From assembly GCA_035906055.1 (NCBI GenBank), contig JAMIFV010000021.1, forward strand, positions 1,810 to 65,809: a stretch of 64,000 nucleotides of DNA. Reading direction: 5' to 3'. The notes under the pieces are model-generated. The model made no database searches and was not told the origin of the DNA. It worked only from the letters and a program-made list of their open reading frames with translations. The translations under genes and the position numbers were made by a program. Below, one piece after another: positions 59,398-64,000 of this stretch; the first letter of the stretch is position 1; every line of letters begins with the position of its first letter. This DNA comes from Alphaproteobacteria bacterium. GTDB taxonomy: Bacteria; Pseudomonadota; Alphaproteobacteria; Rickettsiales; JABCZZ01.

Positions 59398-59439
59398 TAG
59401 CTATTACCAAAACGCACCATAGCTATAAAGCAGGGCATT

Positions 59440-60708
59440 ATGACATACTACGAAGCAGACTACCTGAAGGACTCCGACAGCTATTTCCAGAACGGCATGC
59501 ATTACGCCATGCCGGCGCGCGGGTCGCTTTCCTCTTACATTCCCAAACACCACTCTTACGGCAAGTATGTGCTTGAGCGCGTCATGGGCAAGTTCGTGCT
59601 GCTGCATGCGTTCTGCATCATCACGCTGCTCACCCTCATGCTTTCCTCGGTGCCGGTCTATGCGGAATCGCGCGTGAAAGACATCGCCGATTTCGAAGGC
59701 GTGCGCGACAACATCCTCATGGGGTATGGCCTTGTGGTCGGCCTCAACGGCACCGGCGACAAGCTCAAGAACAACGAATTCACCTCGCAGAGCCTCATCG
59801 CATTCCTTGAACGCCAGGGCGTCAACACCCGTGGCACTGAACTGAAAAGCAAAAACATTGCCGCCGTGACCGTTACCGCCACCTTGCAGGCATTTGCGCG
59901 TAACGGCAGCCGCATCAACGTTTCCGTGAGCGCCATGGGCGACGCCACTTCGCTGCAGGGCGGCACGCTGCTTGCCACCGTGCTTTACGGCGCGGACGGC
60001 GAAGTCTATGCCGTGGCGCAGGGCCCCATCAGCATCGCCGGGTTTGAAGCGAGCGCCGGCGGCACTTCCATCACCAAGGGCGTACCCACCAACGGGTTCA
60101 TCGCCAACGGCGCCATCATCGAACGCGAAATCAAGTTCTCGCTCAATGAGATGTCCACGCTTAACATCGCGCTGCGCAACCCGGACATCACCACCGCCAA
60201 ATACCTCGCCGAAGCCATCAACAAGCATCTGGGAGTGGACGCGGCGGAGATAAGGGACCCCGGCACGGTATTCATGCGCGTGCCCATCGATTATAAAAGT
60301 AACACCACCAAGCTTCTGGCCGAGATCGAACAGCTTCCCGTGCGCACCGACCAGGTGGCCAAGGTGGTGATCGACGAGGCTTCCGGCACCATCGTCATGG
60401 GGGAGAATGTGCGCATCGACACCGTAGCGGTGGCGCAGGGCAACCTTGTGGTGCGTATCGAAGAAACGCCGCAGGTTTCGCAGCCCGGCGCGCTTGCGCC
60501 TGAAGGCGCTGAAACGGTCGTAACCACCGTTACCAGCATCACCGCCGAAGAAAGCAAAGGCAAAACCGCCATGCTCAAGCGCGGCGCCAGCTTGCGCGAA
60601 CTCGTAGGCGGCCTCAATGCGCTGGGCGTGGGCCCGCGCGACCTCATCACCATCCTGCAGACGATCAAGACCGCAGGCGCGTTGCAGGCGGAGATCGTGG
60701 CAAAATGA
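59440..60708 (+). CDS. flgI: Flagellar P-ring protein FlgI (possible 48-aa N-terminal extension; alternative start 59584)
   Basis: RVKDI, LMGYGLVVGLNGTGD, GDATSLQGGTL, TGTIV-like SGTIVMG, GALQAEI. Confidence 0.96.
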   Translation: MTYYEADYLKDSDSYFQNGMHYAMPARGSLSSYIPKHHSYGKYVLERVMGKFVLLHAFCIITLLTLMLSSVPVYAESRVKDIADFEGVRDNILMGYGLVVGLNGTGDKLKNNEFTSQSLIAFLERQGVNTRGTELKSKNIAAVTVTATLQAFARNGSRINVSVSAMGDATSLQGGTLLATVLYGADGEVYAVAQGPISIAGFEASAGGTSITKGVPTNGFIANGAIIEREIKFSLNEMSTLNIALRNPDITTAKYLAEAINKHLGVDAAEIRDPGTVFMRVPIDYKSNTTKLLAEIEQLPVRTDQVAKVVIDEASGTIVMGENVRIDTVAVAQGNLVVRIEETPQVSQPGALAPEGAETVVTTVTSITAEESKGKTAMLKRGASLRELVGGLNALGVGPRDLITILQTIKTAGALQAEIVAK

Positions 60709-61031
60709 GCATTGACAGCATCGCATCCCCCCTCACCGCCCTTCCCCTTGCCTCCGGCACCGCTTCCGGCGTACAGAAGGAGACGAACAAGGACAGCAGG
60801 GACATTGACGCCATCGCCAAGGATTTCGAGGCGGTATTCCTTTCCCAGATGCTCGCCAATATGTTTGCGGGCGAAGAGGCCAACAGCTTCTTCGGCAAGG
60901 GAAGCACCGGAGATATCTACAAAAGTTTCCTCATGAATGAATATGGCAAGTCCATTGCGAATGCCGGTGGCATAGGAATTGCTGATACAGTCAGACAAGA
61001 ACTGTTAAAAATGCAAGAGGTAGCCGCGTGA
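60705..61031 (+). CDS. flgJ: Rod-binding protein (FlgJ N-terminal domain only)
   Basis: AKDFEAVFLSQML, GG.GIAD.V...LL.MQE; overlaps the flgI stop. Confidence 0.85.
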   Translation: MSIDSIASPLTALPLASGTASGVQKETNKDSRDIDAIAKDFEAVFLSQMLANMFAGEEANSFFGKGSTGDIYKSFLMNEYGKSIANAGGIGIADTVRQELLKMQEVAA

Positions 61032-61501
61032 GCACTGTTTTAAGCACCCCTATGGTTCCACGGTCTCAGCAAAAGGAAACGCCCGCTACGGTGCGTGACC
61101 TGATCAACGTGAACCTGTCCCTTTCCGACGTTCTGGCGGAAGAAGCCCGCCTGATGGAAAAAATGCAGATCGACCGCGTGGGCGACCTGCAGGAACGCAA
61201 ACTCAGGCTCATCAGCCTGATGGAGCGCTATATGCGCTACATGAAACAACACCCGGAAGTGCTGGCTGCCATCACCATGGAAGAACGCCTCGACCTGCAA
61301 CGCGCAGGCGACCGTTTCCGCGAAGTCAGCCGCCATAATTACGACAAGCTGCTGGTAGCGCGCGCCGTAAACGGCGCAGTAGTGAACTGCGTGACGCAGG
61401 AAATCGCCCGCATGAACCAGAACCCGGTCTATAATGCCAGCGGCAACGTTAAAGGCGCGTACAAAGCCCCCATTTCAGTGACACTGAACCAGACGATCTA
61501 G
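61028..61501 (+). CDS. FlgN-like flagellar chaperone (probable)
   Basis: Helical 157 aa, L...L.EE...M pattern; lies between flgJ and flgK. Confidence 0.55.
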   Translation: MSTVLSTPMVPRSQQKETPATVRDLINVNLSLSDVLAEEARLMEKMQIDRVGDLQERKLRLISLMERYMRYMKQHPEVLAAITMEERLDLQRAGDRFREVSRHNYDKLLVARAVNGAVVNCVTQEIARMNQNPVYNASGNVKGAYKAPISVTLNQTI

Positions 61502-61517
61502 CGCAAAGGAATAGTAT

Positions 61518-64000
61518 ATGGGCCTTATATCCTCACTGAATAACGCGATCTCCGGTCTTAACGTCAATCAACAGAATCTTAATATTCTGTCGCAGAATAT
61601 CGCCAATGCCAATACGCCCAACTATTCCACGCAGGTGGCGAACCAGCAGGCGGCTTACATCAACGGCAACCCGCAGGGCGTCAGTATTGCCAGCATCACC
61701 CGCAAGGTGAATGAATTCCTCGTCGCGCAGGTGCGCGTGCAGACCACCACCGCAAGCGCGGCGGATACCATACAGAATTATTACCAGCGGGTGATCAACC
61801 TGCTCGGCCAGCCCGGCGGCACCAACAGCGTGGACCAGAACGTGAACGCGCTCTTCACCGCGCTGCAGAACATGGCCAACGTGCCCAGCGCATCCGCGCA
61901 GACCACCGTGGTCAATGCCGCCACAACGCTCGCATCGCAAATTTCCGGCCTTGCCTCTTCCGTGCAGAACCTGCGCCTGCAGGCTGACACCGAGATCGGC
62001 AACGGCGTGAACACGGTAAACACGATCCTGAAGAAGCTGCATTCGCTCAACACATCGCTTGAGCGCGCGGCCGCCACCAACGAGAACCAGTCCGGCCTGC
62101 TTGACGAACGCGACGCCACATTGAAACAGCTGTCGCAGTACATGGACATCACCACGCTTTTTAACACTGACGGCTCTGTCACCGTCAACACGGCGTCGGG
62201 CGCCACCCTTGTCGGCACCAACCTCACGCAGCTTACCTACCAGGCCGCGCCCTCCGTGCAGACCTTTCTCGACAACAGTTCAATGAGCGCGCTGCAACTG
62301 ATCACCTACGGCCAGGACGGTCAGGCGATCGGCAAGCCGATAACGCTGGTCACTTCCGGTGCAAGCGGCACGAACGGCACAGACAGCACCGTGAGCTCCA
62401 ACATCGCTTCGGGCACGTTCGGCGCCCTGTTTGAAGTGCGCGACAAAGTGCTGCCCAACATTCTTGCCCAGCTTGACGAGCTCGCTTCCACCATGCGCGA
62501 CGAAGTGAACAAACTGCAGAATTCCGGCACGAGCTACCCGATCCCCAACTCCTACACGGGTGAACGCCTTGTCAGCGGCACCCAGCAGTCCGCGTATTCC
62601 GGCAGCATCCGTATCGCGCTGCTTAACAGCGACGGCTCAGCCATCGCATCACCCTACGCTGACGAACCTTACGGCCTGCAACCCTTCACGCTCGACCTTT
62701 CCACACTTGATACCGGCAGCGGCCCGGGCAACGTGTCCACCGACGGGCTCATCAACGCCATCAACCAGTATTTCGGCCAGCCGCAGCCCAAGCTGAAGCT
62801 GGGTGACCTTAACAATATACAGCTGGCGCTTTCCTCCGACAGCGTGCCCGCCGCAGGCAACCAGCTGGTGTTCGATTTCAGCCTGAACAACATCAGCAAT
62901 AACAGCGCGCAGTTCTTCGTTACCAGCGCAACCGTGCTCGACAGCAACGGCGCAGTAGTGGATGCTAACCCTACGATGAACATGCCTGCCCTCGCGCTCA
63001 GCGATTATGCCACCACTTCCGGCAGCAACGAGGTGCAGATCACCACCACCGGCACGAACACGCTTTCGGACGGCGACGTGATCTACCTGCCGCCTCCCGC
63101 CGCAGGTGTCGGCGGCCTTACTACCGGGCAACTCAGCGGTTATTTCACGGTCAGCAACGTATCGGGCAACAGCTTCACCATCACCACCACCGGCACACCC
63201 GCTGGCACCTCCGACAATGCCGCTCCCGGCGTTTCAGCGCTTACCACATACGCCACCGCCGACGCCGGAATGACGGTGCGCACGGGCAAGAACGGGCTTA
63301 TCACCGCCGATCTTTCCTCCAACACCGCTTCGCCTTACTATACCGTGCAGGCCACCGTGGCCACGGTGGACGCCAGCGGCAACGTGGTTACCTCCACGGT
63401 CACCTACCGCGTAGGCGCGCAGACGGCGGGCGCACGCAACGACCTGTTCGGCGCGCAGAGCCAGACCGGCCAGGGCACGATCGTGCAGCCTACTTCAGGC
63501 GGCACGCTGCTGACCGCGTCGCTGGTGGATGCAGACGGTAAATCCGTGCTTCAAACCAACGGCGTCTACGGCAGCCGTCAGGGCTACCTGAAGATCGCCG
63601 CAACCAGCAGCAGCACGTCCGTCGCCATCGACTCCCTCAACAGCACTCAGCTTGGCACCCCCGCTCCGACCGGCATCGTAGCGGGCACGAATCAGGGCTT
63701 CTCGCAGTATTTCGGCCTTAACAATTTCTTCACGACCAACAAGCTTACCTCCACCGGTGACACGCTGGCAGGCAGCGCGATCAACCTGGCGCTGACCAAG
63801 ACCATCGCCAACAACCCTACCTACATCAGCATCGGCAAGCTTGTGCAGAGCAACCAGCCCGCCGACAGCGGCGCTGCCGCCAATTACACCTACCGCATGA
63901 ATTCCGGTGACAACAGCATCTCACAGCTATTCGCCGGGCTGGCCACTCAGTCGCTGAGCTTTGATGCCGCAGGCGGCCTGTCGAACATCAGCACCACGCT
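61518..64000 (+). CDS. flgK: Flagellar hook-associated protein FlgK, unusually long; runs off the right edge
   Basis: Manual translation from ATG 61518 (aaagga SD), open to 64000: LNNAISGLNVNQQ.L...SQNIANANTPNYS, LLDERD; not in ORF track. Confidence 0.92.
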   Translation, partial: MGLISSLNNAISGLNVNQQNLNILSQNIANANTPNYSTQVANQQAAYINGNPQGVSIASITRKVNEFLVAQVRVQTTTASAADTIQNYYQRVINLLGQPGGTNSVDQNVNALFTALQNMANVPSASAQTTVVNAATTLASQISGLASSVQNLRLQADTEIGNGVNTVNTILKKLHSLNTSLERAAATNENQSGLLDERDATLKQLSQYMDITTLFNTDGSVTVNTASGATLVGTNLTQLTYQAAPSVQTFLDNSSMSALQLITYGQDGQAIGKPITLVTSGASGTNGTDSTVSSNIASGTFGALFEVRDKVLPNILAQLDELASTMRDEVNKLQNSGTSYPIPNSYTGERLVSGTQQSAYSGSIRIALLNSDGSAIASPYADEPYGLQPFTLDLSTLDTGSGPGNVSTDGLINAINQYFGQPQPKLKLGDLNNIQLALSSDSVPAAGNQLVFDFSLNNISNNSAQFFVTSATVLDSNGAVVDANPTMNMPALALSDYATTSGSNEVQITTTGTNTLSDGDVIYLPPPAAGVGGLTTGQLSGYFTVSNVSGNSFTITTTGTPAGTSDNAAPGVSALTTYATADAGMTVRTGKNGLITADLSSNTASPYYTVQATVATVDASGNVVTSTVTYRVGAQTAGARNDLFGAQSQTGQGTIVQPTSGGTLLTASLVDADGKSVLQTNGVYGSRQGYLKIAATSSSTSVAIDSLNSTQLGTPAPTGIVAGTNQGFSQYFGLNNFFTTNKLTSTGDTLAGSAINLALTKTIANNPTYISIGKLVQSNQPADSGAAANYTYRMNSGDNSISQLFAGLATQSLSFDAAGGLSNISTT

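Overview
Chromosomal core region (roughly 55-60% GC in housekeeping genes, by eye) of a flagellated alphaproteobacterium. The assignment is inferred from fliX-flgI-flgJ-flgK, dksA, an LsrB/VtlR-like LysR regulator and a short ATP-cone-less NrdA; the exact lineage cannot be determined from sequence alone. Content: partial hemW, mscS, rsmD, a GT-C glycosyltransferase, a truncated F1 cluster (atpA-[four-helix-bundle gene]-atpG-atpD), rpmE-secE-nusG-rplKAJ-[insert]-rplL-rpoBC, thiD, glmM, ftsH, an incomplete arn (L-Ara4N) cluster, nrdA-[GIY-YIG-like, dinD]-nrdB, an APC permease, a folate cluster, a low-GC orphan island and flagellar genes (flgK runs off the right end). The most striking unexplained signal is a set of inverted-repeat pairs whose arms are built from about four tandem 7-nt units (about 28 nt per arm). 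They come in five unrelated sequence flavours (CTAG, GTTG/CAAC, GAGTTC/GAACTC, GTGGCA/TGCCAC, GTACTC/GAGTAC), plus one 8-nt-period variant. One pair encloses a four-helix-bundle (23S rRNA IVS protein / Avd-like) gene between atpA and atpG. Several are empty hairpins starting at stop codons. One pair (thiD) and one single arm (atpG) sit in frame inside coding sequence without obvious length gain. Several other palindromic repeat families and a 270-nt Y-shaped TIR element are also present. No rRNA, tRNA or CRISPR array was found.
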